A stretch of DNA of 32,000 bases from Geotalea daltonii FRC-32 (lineage in GTDB: Bacteria > Desulfobacterota > Desulfuromonadia > Geobacterales > Geobacteraceae), in NCBI RefSeq assembly GCF_000022265.1, contig NC_011979.1, forward strand, positions 2,160,001 to 2,192,000. The letters are read 5' to 3'. The notes beneath the pieces were generated by a model. The model saw only the letters and a program-made list of their open reading frames with translations, searched no databases and was not told where the DNA came from. Positions 8,574 through 16,433 of the stretch are shown one piece after another (position 1 is the stretch's first letter; each line of letters opens with the position of its first letter). The translations under genes were made by a program, and so were the position numbers.

Positions 8574-9357
8574 GTTCCATCACTTTCTCCGTTGAATTAT
8601 TGGCAAAGAGGGACTTGTCGCTGGGGGAGAAGAATTCCCTCGTTTCAGTGGCCGGAAAGTCCAACAGCTCTTGCTTTGTGCCGTCAAAGACCAGCCGGGC
8701 GTTGTGGAGAAAAGAGAACCGCTGGGAAACCTTGAAGGCAGTATCCATATCGTGGGTTACCATCAGCGTCGTCTTTCCCTCCTCCTGCAGGCGCAGCATC
8801 AGGTTGCAGATGTTGTAGACGCCGATGGGATCGAGGCCGGTGGTCGGCTCATCGAAGAAGATGTAATCGGGATCGGCGGCCAAGGCCCTGGCGATGGCAA
8901 CCCGCTTTTTCATTCCCCCGGACAGTTCGGCGGGATACAGGTCTATGGTCTGCTCCAGACCGACGAAACCCAGCTTTTCCAGAACGATCTTCTCTATTTC
9001 GCCCTGTGAGAGGTTCCCTTCCTCAAAAAGCCGGTAGCCGACATTTTCCCCGACAGTCATGGAATCGAAGAGGGCTCCACCCTGAAAGACGATGGCGATA
9101 TTTTTCCGCACCCGGATCAGCTCCCGCTGCTTGAGCCCGGCGATATCATGGCCATCGATGGTGACCCTGCCGGAATGTACCGGCAGCAGTCCCAGGAGCA
9201 GCTTGAGAATGGTGGTCTTGCCGACGCCGCTGACGCCGAGAATGGTCCGGTTTAACCCCGGTTTGAGGAAAAGATCGAAATCATGGAGGATCTGCCGCCC
9301 GTTGACCGAGTAACAGACCTTGTCCATGCGTATGCCTTTTTCCCGAATATCAATCAC
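8557..9357 (-). CDS. mlaF: ABC transporter ATP-binding protein, MlaF-like
   Basis: Walker A GVSGVGKTT, signature LSGGMKKRVAIARAL, Walker B IFFDEPTTGLD. GTG 9357 is preceded by GGGTGA. ATG 9327 is an alternative start. Confidence 0.85.
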   Translation of the reverse strand: MIDIREKGIRMDKVCYSVNGRQILHDFDLFLKPGLNRTILGVSGVGKTTILKLLLGLLPVHSGRVTIDGHDIAGLKQRELIRVRKNIAIVFQGGALFDSMTVGENVGYRLFEEGNLSQGEIEKIVLEKLGFVGLEQTIDLYPAELSGGMKKRVAIARALAADPDYIFFDEPTTGLDPIGVYNICNLMLRLQEEGKTTLMVTHDMDTAFKVSQRFSFLHNARLVFDGTKQELLDFPATETREFFSPSDKSLFANNSTEKVMEHETKR

Positions 9358-9360
9358 AAC

Positions 9361-9525
9361 CCGTCACCCGTCAACCGTCACCAATCACCGAATCACCAAT
9401 CACCGAATCACCAATCACCGAAGCCACCAATCACCGAAGCCACCAATCACCGAAGCCACCAATCACCGAAGCCACCAATCACCGAAGCCACCAATCACCG
9501 AAGCCACCAATCACCGAAGTCACCG
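9361..9525. repeat. Intergenic tandem repeat array of degenerate heptamers, then 15-mers, then six perfect 16-mers
   Basis: The array opens with CCGTCAC-like heptamers at 9361-9390. Two copies of AATCACCAATCACCG follow (9391-9420). Six exact copies of AAGCCACCAATCACCG follow (9421-9516), then a partial unit. The 16-nt unit is not a multiple of 3. The array fills almost the whole mlaE-mlaF gap. Confidence 0.95.
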
Positions 9526-9530
9526 CTTAT

Positions 9531-10304
9531 TCATCCCCTGAAGGCAATAAATATCTTGGCTATAAAAAAGTCGGTGACCAGTATGCTGACCGATGAAATC
9601 ACCACCGCCCTTTTTGCCGATTCACCGACCCCTGCCGCGCCGCCATTGGTGCTGAGTCCCACATGGCAGCCGACCATGGCGATGATGAAGCCAAAGACGG
9701 CGGGCTTGACTACCCCTTCGATGAGATCCTGAAAAACCATGAACTGGGGGATCGATTTCCAGTACATGATGATGTTTATATCATAATTAGCCGCCATGAT
9801 GTAACCGCCCACCAGGGAAACGGCATCGGTGATTATTGCCAGAAGCGGCATGGCAATTACTATTGCCTTTAATCTGGACGTGACCAGGCGCTTGATGATG
9901 TCGGTGCCTTCCACCTGCATGGCGTCCACTTGCTCGGTGACGACCATGGTGCCCAGTTCGGCGGTGATGGCCGAGCCGACTCTACCGGCGACCATCAGAG
10001 AAGAGAGCACCGGTCCCAGCTCCTTGACCATGGTAACTGCCACCATTCCTCCCACATAGCTGGTGGCGGCAAAGGGTTTGAGCTGGATGAGCGCCTGGAG
10101 GGCCATGACCATGCCAGTGAAGAGGCCGGTGAGGATGACGATGAACAGGGAGCCGACCCCGATCTTGTCCAGCTGGGTGGTGAAGTCGCGGTAATAGAAT
10201 GGGGGGGTGACGATGCAGCCAATGGCGCGGGTCGATAGAAAAAAGAGTTCCTGGACCTCGAGGACGAAAGACTTCAGTGTGTTTTCGATAAGCTTTATGG
10301 GCAT
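9531..10304 (-). CDS. mlaE: ABC transporter permease, MlaE/YrbE family
   Basis: Polytopic protein with the conserved MlaE core ELGPVLSSLMVAGRVGSAITAELGTMVVTEQVDAM. Confidence 0.85.
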   Translation of the reverse strand: MPIKLIENTLKSFVLEVQELFFLSTRAIGCIVTPPFYYRDFTTQLDKIGVGSLFIVILTGLFTGMVMALQALIQLKPFAATSYVGGMVAVTMVKELGPVLSSLMVAGRVGSAITAELGTMVVTEQVDAMQVEGTDIIKRLVTSRLKAIVIAMPLLAIITDAVSLVGGYIMAANYDINIIMYWKSIPQFMVFQDLIEGVVKPAVFGFIIAMVGCHVGLSTNGGAAGVGESAKRAVVISSVSILVTDFFIAKIFIAFRG

Positions 10305-10311
10305 GTTATTG

Positions 10312-12630
10312 CTATTTCAGGGCCTGGACAAACGCTTCGCGGACGTCTTCGATGAAGATGAAATTCAGCTGCTCGCGTACGTCCTGGGGGATATCTTCCA
10401 GATCCTTTCGATTTCTTTCCGGTACGATCACCTTTTTTACTCCGGCGCGGCGGGCGGCCAGCACCTTTTCCTTGAGCCCGCCGATGGCCAGCACCCGGCC
10501 GGTAAGGCTGACTTCGCCGGTCATGGCCACGTCCCGCTGGGCTTCACGTCCTGAGAGCAGTGAAACCAGGGCGGTGGTCATGGTGATGCCGGCGGACGGA
10601 CCGTCCTTGGGAATACTGCCGGCCGGCACGTGGATATGGATATTCATGCCGGTGAATTCCTTCGGGTCGATCTTCAGTTCGACGCAATTTGCCTCGACAA
10701 AGGAGAGGGCGGCCCGTGCCGATTCCTTCATGATTTCTCCCAGGGAACCGGTCAGGATCAGGTCTCCCTTGCCCTTCATGCGGTTCGCCTCGACGAAGAT
10801 GATGTCGCCGCCGGTTTCGGTCCAGGCCAGGCCGGTGACGACGCCGACCCGGTCTTTTTCTGCCGTAACCTCGTCGAAGAATTTGCGCGGTCCGAGAAAT
10901 TCCTCCACAAGTTCCTGTGTGATCTGCTCCCGTGGCGGCTTGTTCTGGGTGATTTCCTTGGCGACCTTGCGGCAGATGCTGCCGATATGGCGCTGCAGGT
11001 TGCGGACACCTGCCTCGCGGGTATGGTCGCGGATAATCTTGTAGATGGCGTCTTCACTGAACTTGGGCTGATATTTTGACAGGCCGTTTTCTTCGATCTC
11101 CCTGGGAATCAGATAGGTTACGGCGATTCTTTCCTTTTCCTCGTCCGTGTATCCGGAAAGGTTGATCACTTCCATTCTGTCCTTTAGGGCAGGGGGCACC
11201 GGATCGAGGATGTTGGCGGTGGTGATGAACATGACGTTGGTCAGATCGAAGGGGACGTCCAGATAATGGTCGGTGAAGGAAAAATTCTGTTCCGGATCCA
11301 GCACTTCAAGAAGTGCGCTGGCCGGATCGCCGCGAAAATCGATGCCGATCTTGTCCACCTCGTCCAGCATGAACACCGGGTTGTTGTGACCGGCACGATA
11401 GATTTCCTGGATGATACGGCCGGGAAGGGCACCGATATAAGTGCGCCGGTGGCCGCGGATTTCCGCCTCGTCCCGCATCCCCCCCAGGGAGACGCGGATG
11501 AATTTGCGTCCCAGAGCACGGGCTATTGAGCGGCCGAGGCTGGTCTTGCCCACACCCGGAGGGCCGACGAAGCAGAGAATCGGACCCTTCATCTTTTCCT
11601 TGAGCGTTCGCACCGCCAGGTATTCCAGAATCCGCTCCTTCACCTTTTTCAAATCGAAATGGTCCTGGTTGAGAACCTCTTCAGCCTGATTGATGTCCCG
11701 GTTGTCGATTGTGGCGTTCTGCCACGGCATATTGAGCAGGTAATCCAGATAGGTACGCGAGACGCTGTATTCCGGTGATGCCGGGTTGATCTTGTCCAGC
11801 CTTTTCAGTTCCTTTTCGGCAATCTTGCGCACCTCTTCGGGCATGCCGGCCGAAAGCAGCTTCTTGCGCAAATCCTTGATTTCCGTCTGGCGGTCGTCCT
11901 CTTCGCCCAGCTCTTCCTGGATCTGCTTCATCTGCTCCCGCAGCAAGTATTCCTTCTGGGTCTTGCCCACCTTCTTCGTCACTTCGGCCTGGACTTCCCC
12001 CTTTATCTGCAGGCGCTGCACCTCTGCGGTCAGGCTCATGTAGACCTTTTTCAGCCGCTCGATGGGATCGACAGTCTCCAGCAGCTTCTGCAGTTCGTCA
12101 GGGGGGAGGTTGACGTAGAGCGCCACCAGGTCCGAGAGCCGGCCGGGATTGTCAATGTAATCAATCATCTTCATCACATCATCGGGCAGAGGGCGGCCAT
12201 AGGAAAGGGCTATTTTCAAGAGGGCGTTGAGGCTTGAGACCAGCGCTTCAGAAACCACCGACTTTTCGGCGAATTCCCGCACCTGTTCCACCCGCACCAG
12301 GGGAATGGGGTTTTCCTGGGGCATATCCACGAGCCGAACCCGGGCAAGTCCCTCCAGGACAACCTTTGCGCCACCTTCTGCCATCCTGGTAAGCTGGTTG
12401 ATCTTACAGATGGTGCCGATTTCGTTGAGGGAGGAGAGCAGCCGCTCCGAGGACTCGTTCCTCAGCTTGAAGAGGGTGATCATGTTGTCGAAGGGAATCG
12501 CCTCTTCGAAAACTGCGATTTCCTCATTGGTGATGAAGAGGGGGAAAACCATGTAAGGAAAGGCGACCATGTCCCGCAACGGGAAGAGGGGAACCATTTC
12601 CGGCATTCTCAGCGACTGGTTCTCGGTCAT
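10312..12630 (-). CDS. lon: ATP-dependent Lon protease (LonA)
   Basis: LON N-domain (LFPLRDMVAFPYMVFPLFI), Walker A GPPGVGKTS, catalytic serine motif PKDGPSAG. The likely start is ATG 12630 with AAGGA upstream. The ORF track starts at 12663. Confidence 0.95.
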   Translation of the reverse strand: MTENQSLRMPEMVPLFPLRDMVAFPYMVFPLFITNEEIAVFEEAIPFDNMITLFKLRNESSERLLSSLNEIGTICKINQLTRMAEGGAKVVLEGLARVRLVDMPQENPIPLVRVEQVREFAEKSVVSEALVSSLNALLKIALSYGRPLPDDVMKMIDYIDNPGRLSDLVALYVNLPPDELQKLLETVDPIERLKKVYMSLTAEVQRLQIKGEVQAEVTKKVGKTQKEYLLREQMKQIQEELGEEDDRQTEIKDLRKKLLSAGMPEEVRKIAEKELKRLDKINPASPEYSVSRTYLDYLLNMPWQNATIDNRDINQAEEVLNQDHFDLKKVKERILEYLAVRTLKEKMKGPILCFVGPPGVGKTSLGRSIARALGRKFIRVSLGGMRDEAEIRGHRRTYIGALPGRIIQEIYRAGHNNPVFMLDEVDKIGIDFRGDPASALLEVLDPEQNFSFTDHYLDVPFDLTNVMFITTANILDPVPPALKDRMEVINLSGYTDEEKERIAVTYLIPREIEENGLSKYQPKFSEDAIYKIIRDHTREAGVRNLQRHIGSICRKVAKEITQNKPPREQITQELVEEFLGPRKFFDEVTAEKDRVGVVTGLAWTETGGDIIFVEANRMKGKGDLILTGSLGEIMKESARAALSFVEANCVELKIDPKEFTGMNIHIHVPAGSIPKDGPSAGITMTTALVSLLSGREAQRDVAMTGEVSLTGRVLAIGGLKEKVLAARRAGVKKVIVPERNRKDLEDIPQDVREQLNFIFIEDVREAFVQALK

Positions 12631-12711
12631 GGGGTGTCCTTGCTCGCCCTTTAAATAAGGCAATTGTAGAGATTCAAAACAATTAAAGAGTAACCAGTTA
12701 AGGGGGTGATG

Positions 12712-14634
12712 TCAAGATTGCATCCCTTCCCACTCCGCATAAAGCGCGGCGATGCGGGAGGTCAAGGTTTCGTGTTCTTCTCCCATCCGGCGCGCCGTCC
12801 CATGATCGGCAAAAGACTCAGGGGCTGCCATTCGCTCTTCCAGCCCGGCAAGCACGTTTTCAGTCTTTTCTATTTCGGCTTCCAGCTCAGCCAGGCGTTT
12901 CTGGCGCCCCTTTTCCTCGCGTTGCCGCTGCTTCTCTTCCTCGCGCTGGCGCAGTCTGTCCTCTTTGGAGGCGGTTGCTGGTCGTTGGTCGGCGGTCGGT
13001 GGTGCTTGGTTGGCTTGCTCTGCCAGAGGCACATCCTCTGCTTTTTTGGCTAGATAATACTCATAGTCTCCCATGAAGCTGTTTATCTTCCCGTCCCCAA
13101 CCTCCACAACCCGGGTGGCCAGGCCGTCGATAAAGTGCCGGTCGTGGGAAACGAAGACTACGGTGCCGGAAAAGGCCGCCAGGGCGCCAAGCAGCACCTC
13201 CTTGCTGAACAGGTCCAGATGGTTGGTCGGTTCGTCCATGAGGAGCAGGTTGGAGGGGCGTAGGAGCATCTTGGCCAGGGCCAGGCGGTTGCGTTCGCCA
13301 CCTGAGAGCACCGAGACCTTTTTTTGGATGTCGTCCCCGGAGAAGAGAAAGGCGCCGAGGATGTCCCTCAGCTGCGGCACCATGTCGAAGGGGGCGTCGG
13401 CCAGGATCTCTTCATAGACGCTCTGCTCGCCGTTCAGCTCCTGGGCCTGATCCTGGGCGAAATAGTCGCGGACGACGTTATGGCCAAGAGTCAGCTCTCC
13501 CCCCTGGAAATTCCCTCCGGCCAGCACCTTCATCAGAGTAGACTTGCCGGCACCGTTGTGCCCCACCAGGGCAACCCGTTCTTCCTTTTCTATGGTGAGA
13601 TCGATGCCATCGAGGACCACATTGCTGCCGTAGGCTTTGCGCACCCCCTTCAGTTCCACCACCATCCGGCCGCTCTTGGGCGGATCGGGGAAGCGGAAAC
13701 GGATTCTCTTTCGCTCCGGCGGCAGGACGATCCGCTCGATCTTTTCCAACTGCTTGATGCGGGACTGGACCAGGGCCGCCTTGTCCGCCTTGTAACGGAA
13801 GCGGGAGATGAAATCCTCGATCTTTTGCACTTCTTCATCCTGGCGGCGTTTCGCCTCCCGCAGGGCCGAAACCCGCTCTTCCCGCAGGACAAGATAGCGG
13901 CTGTAGTTGCAGTGGTAGTCGGTGAGGGTGTGGTTCCAGACCTCGGTGATGCGGGAGCAGACCTGATCCAGGAAAAAGCGGTCGTGGGAAACGAGGATCA
14001 CCGAATAGGGGTAGGACTGGAGGTAGCCCTCCAGCCAGTTGCGCGCCTCGATGTCCAGGTGGTTGGTGGGCTCGTCCAAGAGCAGCACGTTGGGCTTTTG
14101 CAACAAAAGTTTGGCCAGGGCGATGCGCATCTGCCAGCCACCGGAAAACTCGCCGCATTCCTTCTGCCAGTCGCTGGCGAGAAAACCCAGGCCGGTGAGG
14201 ACATTGCCCACCTCGGCTTCCATGGCGTAGCCCCCCTTGAGGCGGAACTCCTCCTGGAGATGGCCGAAGCGGTACAGGAGTCCTTCGTGCCCCGGATCTT
14301 CATGGGGCATTTCGGCCAGCCTGGCCGTGAGAACGGCCAGTTCCTTTTCGATGGCCTGCAGCTCCGAAAGGGCGGTCATCACTTCGGCAAAGAGTCCTCT
14401 TCCCTTGGTGACGATGCCGTCCTGGGGGAGATAGCCGACGGTTGCTCCTTTGGCGAACTGGAGATCGCCGCTGGTATGTTCCACCTGGCCGGCGATGATG
14501 CGCATGAGCGTCGACTTGCCCGCTCCGTTCTCGCCGACCAGGCCGACCCGCTCCCCCTTCTTCAGGTGCCAGTCGATCTGGGTAAAAAGCGGCTTACCCG
14601 CAAAATCTTTGGAAAGTTGTTTCAGGTGCAGCAT
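12712..14634 (-). CDS. ABC-F family ATPase (Uup/YheS-like, two ABC cassettes plus a C-terminal coiled coil)
   Basis: Two Walker A motifs ([18 protein letters not shown]) and two signatures ([30 protein letters not shown]). No TM segments. Charged coiled-coil tail ([28 protein letters not shown]). The likely start is ATG 14634 (MLHLKQLSK) after AAGGA. Confidence 0.9.
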   Translation of the reverse strand: MLHLKQLSKDFAGKPLFTQIDWHLKKGERVGLVGENGAGKSTLMRIIAGQVEHTSGDLQFAKGATVGYLPQDGIVTKGRGLFAEVMTALSELQAIEKELAVLTARLAEMPHEDPGHEGLLYRFGHLQEEFRLKGGYAMEAEVGNVLTGLGFLASDWQKECGEFSGGWQMRIALAKLLLQKPNVLLLDEPTNHLDIEARNWLEGYLQSYPYSVILVSHDRFFLDQVCSRITEVWNHTLTDYHCNYSRYLVLREERVSALREAKRRQDEEVQKIEDFISRFRYKADKAALVQSRIKQLEKIERIVLPPERKRIRFRFPDPPKSGRMVVELKGVRKAYGSNVVLDGIDLTIEKEERVALVGHNGAGKSTLMKVLAGGNFQGGELTLGHNVVRDYFAQDQAQELNGEQSVYEEILADAPFDMVPQLRDILGAFLFSGDDIQKKVSVLSGGERNRLALAKMLLRPSNLLLMDEPTNHLDLFSKEVLLGALAAFSGTVVFVSHDRHFIDGLATRVVEVGDGKINSFMGDYEYYLAKKAEDVPLAEQANQAPPTADQRPATASKEDRLRQREEEKQRQREEKGRQKRLAELEAEIEKTENVLAGLEERMAAPESFADHGTARRMGEEHETLTSRIAALYAEWEGMQS

Positions 14635-14745
14635 TGGAAATCCTTGGAGATAAGTATGAACAACGGCGGGTATTGTAGGGGCGAGGGGTGATTTTGTCAA
14701 TTAAGGTTCGGATTGCACCCGATTGAAACAGACGAAGAAGGCGAG

Positions 14746-15522
14746 TTAAAAAATAAAACTTATGTCTCCACATTCATGTATGCCGGTTCCATGCTTCACA
14801 AATTCTGCGTCGGCAAGCTTATCCAACGCCACACGTGCCTTTGACAGAAAAGACCTTTGAATATCCAATCTTTTGTGACCAGGCAGAAGCCTCGACACGT
14901 GCTCAATGGAATCTATACGTTTTATCGAATCGTGTAACTTCCACGGGTCCGTGCTCGGGTAGCTGGCGTACACAGTGCCCTCATAAAGAAGATCTCCGGT
15001 GCAAAGGTATCCCGTCTCTTCCTCAAATACGCAGATATGTCCGGGCGAGTGTCCCGGTGTGTGTAATATTTTGAGCTGCCGGTCCCCCAAATTGATTACA
15101 TCGTTATCATGCAAAACATGCCGGGGCTTTCCCACGAACGGGTGATAGTTGTATGGGTCGAAACACCTTGGCAACTTTTGCGAAAATGGTTCTTTAAACA
15201 AGTTTGACAGGATCTCCTGTGACGAAATCGGCAAACCGTGTTCGAGCCATCCTTGATCATCTTCGTGAATGGCCAATTCATCGAATTCCCCGTGCCCACC
15301 GATATGATCCCAATGACAGTGCGTCGTAAGGACAACAATCTGAAGTTGCGTCAGCTTGCGCACAACGTCACTTATCCGGCCAATACCCAACCCAGTGTCT
15401 ATCAGTGCAGCCTTGCGGCTTCCTTCGAACAAGTAGGAATGGCCCTGTTCCCAGTGTCCATATTCACTGATCGCTGTAGTTCTGCGGTTGATACATTCTA
15501 TTGTGAACCAAGAATTTGTCAT
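14746..15522 (-). CDS. MBL-fold metallo-hydrolase
   Basis: HxHxDH motif (THCHWDHIGG) plus downstream His/Asp ligands (HTPGHSPGH, TGDLL). Confidence 0.8.
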   Translation of the reverse strand: MTNSWFTIECINRRTTAISEYGHWEQGHSYLFEGSRKAALIDTGLGIGRISDVVRKLTQLQIVVLTTHCHWDHIGGHGEFDELAIHEDDQGWLEHGLPISSQEILSNLFKEPFSQKLPRCFDPYNYHPFVGKPRHVLHDNDVINLGDRQLKILHTPGHSPGHICVFEEETGYLCTGDLLYEGTVYASYPSTDPWKLHDSIKRIDSIEHVSRLLPGHKRLDIQRSFLSKARVALDKLADAEFVKHGTGIHECGDISFIF

Positions 15523-15778
15523 ATTGTATTTTTGCAGGCGGAGAAAACAGCGGGATCAGCCGTCGACATGAGGCAAAATCTTGACTGTTTCGTCCTCAAC
15601 AATGCACTTTGTCCTATGTCGAGGGCAGACCCTTTATCTGTCCCTTAATGCTAAGGTTTGTAGATTTTTTGGAGCATTCGGATCACTTCTGATGAGGTCG
15701 AATTGATTTTGGCCTTGTCAGTGTAGAAAATTCAGAACTGAAAGTTGTAAGCGCTACTATTGCCTCGCAGTGGCTAAA

Positions 15779-16114
15779 TCATTTCTTCCGCTTATCCCCC
15801 TGGAGATAATCGGCCAGGATCGACCGGCTGTGCTCGTCATCGTGGCAGTAGACACAGAGGTTTTCCCAGTTGCTGCCGTCGGGCGGGTTGTAATTATGAT
15901 TGCCGTCCTTGTGATGGACGGTGAGCAGGTGGAGATTGTCCAGGTCGAATTCCCGGCCGCACTTGGCACAGATCCAGCCATGGAGCTTGAGGGAACGCTC
16001 CCGGTAGTTGTCCGGCGCCTTTTGTCCTGCCTTCATTTTGCGAATTATCTCATCGGCTTCTTCTTGTGTTTTTGCCACAGGTTTCGGGGCGCGTGGACGA
16101 AAGGATGGGGCCAT
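15779..16114 (-). CDS. yajD: YajD-family HNH nuclease-fold protein
   Basis: LKLHGWICAKCGREF...LTVHHKDGNHNYNPPDGSNWENLCVYCHDDEHS aligns by eye with E. coli YajD (ELTVHHIDHDHTNNPEDGSNWELLCLYCHDHEHS). Confidence 0.8.
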   Translation of the reverse strand: MAPSFRPRAPKPVAKTQEEADEIIRKMKAGQKAPDNYRERSLKLHGWICAKCGREFDLDNLHLLTVHHKDGNHNYNPPDGSNWENLCVYCHDDEHSRSILADYLQGDKRKK

Positions 16115-16240
16115 GATTTCCTCCGGTTTTCCTTAGTTTTTTATAGTAAAGATCGTCTGCAAAAGCCAGCACATTTTCGGAGCTGTAGTCATTCAAACTC
16201 CTGTAGAAGGGGTAAATATCAGCGAGATAATAGTTTTTTC

Positions 16241-16270
16241 TTATGAAGTGTTGCGAAACTCTGTTATACT
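16241..16270 (+). promoter_or_regulatory. Candidate sigma-70 promoter of rne with an extended -10
   Basis: TGtTATACT at 16262-16270 (TGn plus TATACT) and a weak -35 TTATGA at 16241-16246. This would give a ~160-nt leader. Confidence 0.3.
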
Positions 16271-16276
16271 CTCAGG

Positions 16277-16433
16277 GTTTTGTGTGCGGTACAGCTGCCG
16301 GTGTGGCGGCAGTATCTCTCAAATGCCATGAAACAAGGATTCCGCCGCGCGGGGGTTACCCCCTGCTGCCAGGCTATTAAACAAAGAGGGTCGATGGGCG
16401 AAAAAACAGCCTGTCCCCGGTAAAGGATTGAGA
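16277..16433 (+). promoter_or_regulatory. Structured 5' leader of rne (possible autoregulatory UTR)
   Basis: Hairpins CTGCCG/CGGCAG (16295-16312) and GGGGG-TTA-CCCCC (16351-16363). RBS AAAGGA at 16422-16427. E. coli rne is autoregulated through 5'-UTR hairpins (established), but homology here is not shown. Confidence 0.3.

Noticed and set aside
9361-9525. Possible CRISPR array
   Set aside because: The repeats are directly abutting 15-16-mers with no unique spacers, and there are no cas genes. This is a simple tandem repeat.
9283-9732. 149-aa plus-strand ORF encoding an NHQSP / KPPITEATNHRSHQSP repeat protein
   Set aside because: It stays open only because the tandem DNA repeat lacks stops. 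The 16-nt unit shifts the frame at every copy, both ends overlap mlaF and mlaE on the opposite strand, and there is no RBS.
12631-12711. Sigma-32 heat-shock promoter upstream of lon (CTTGACA ... CCCCCTTA)
   Set aside because: The two boxes are only 3 nt apart, against the 13-17 nt required. A weak sigma-70-like TTGAAT-N16-TTTAAA is possible but not convincing enough to annotate.
13324-14691. 455-aa ORF on the plus strand
   Set aside because: It is antisense to the ABC-F gene, whose two complete ABC cassettes are unmistakable. There are no motifs, and the composition is a mirror of the sense strand.
14701-14745. tRNA-like GGTTCGGATTGCACCCGA segment
   Set aside because: It only superficially resembles a T-arm. 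There is no acceptor stem, anticodon arm or GTTCGAATC consensus, and the hairpin has only a 4-bp stem.
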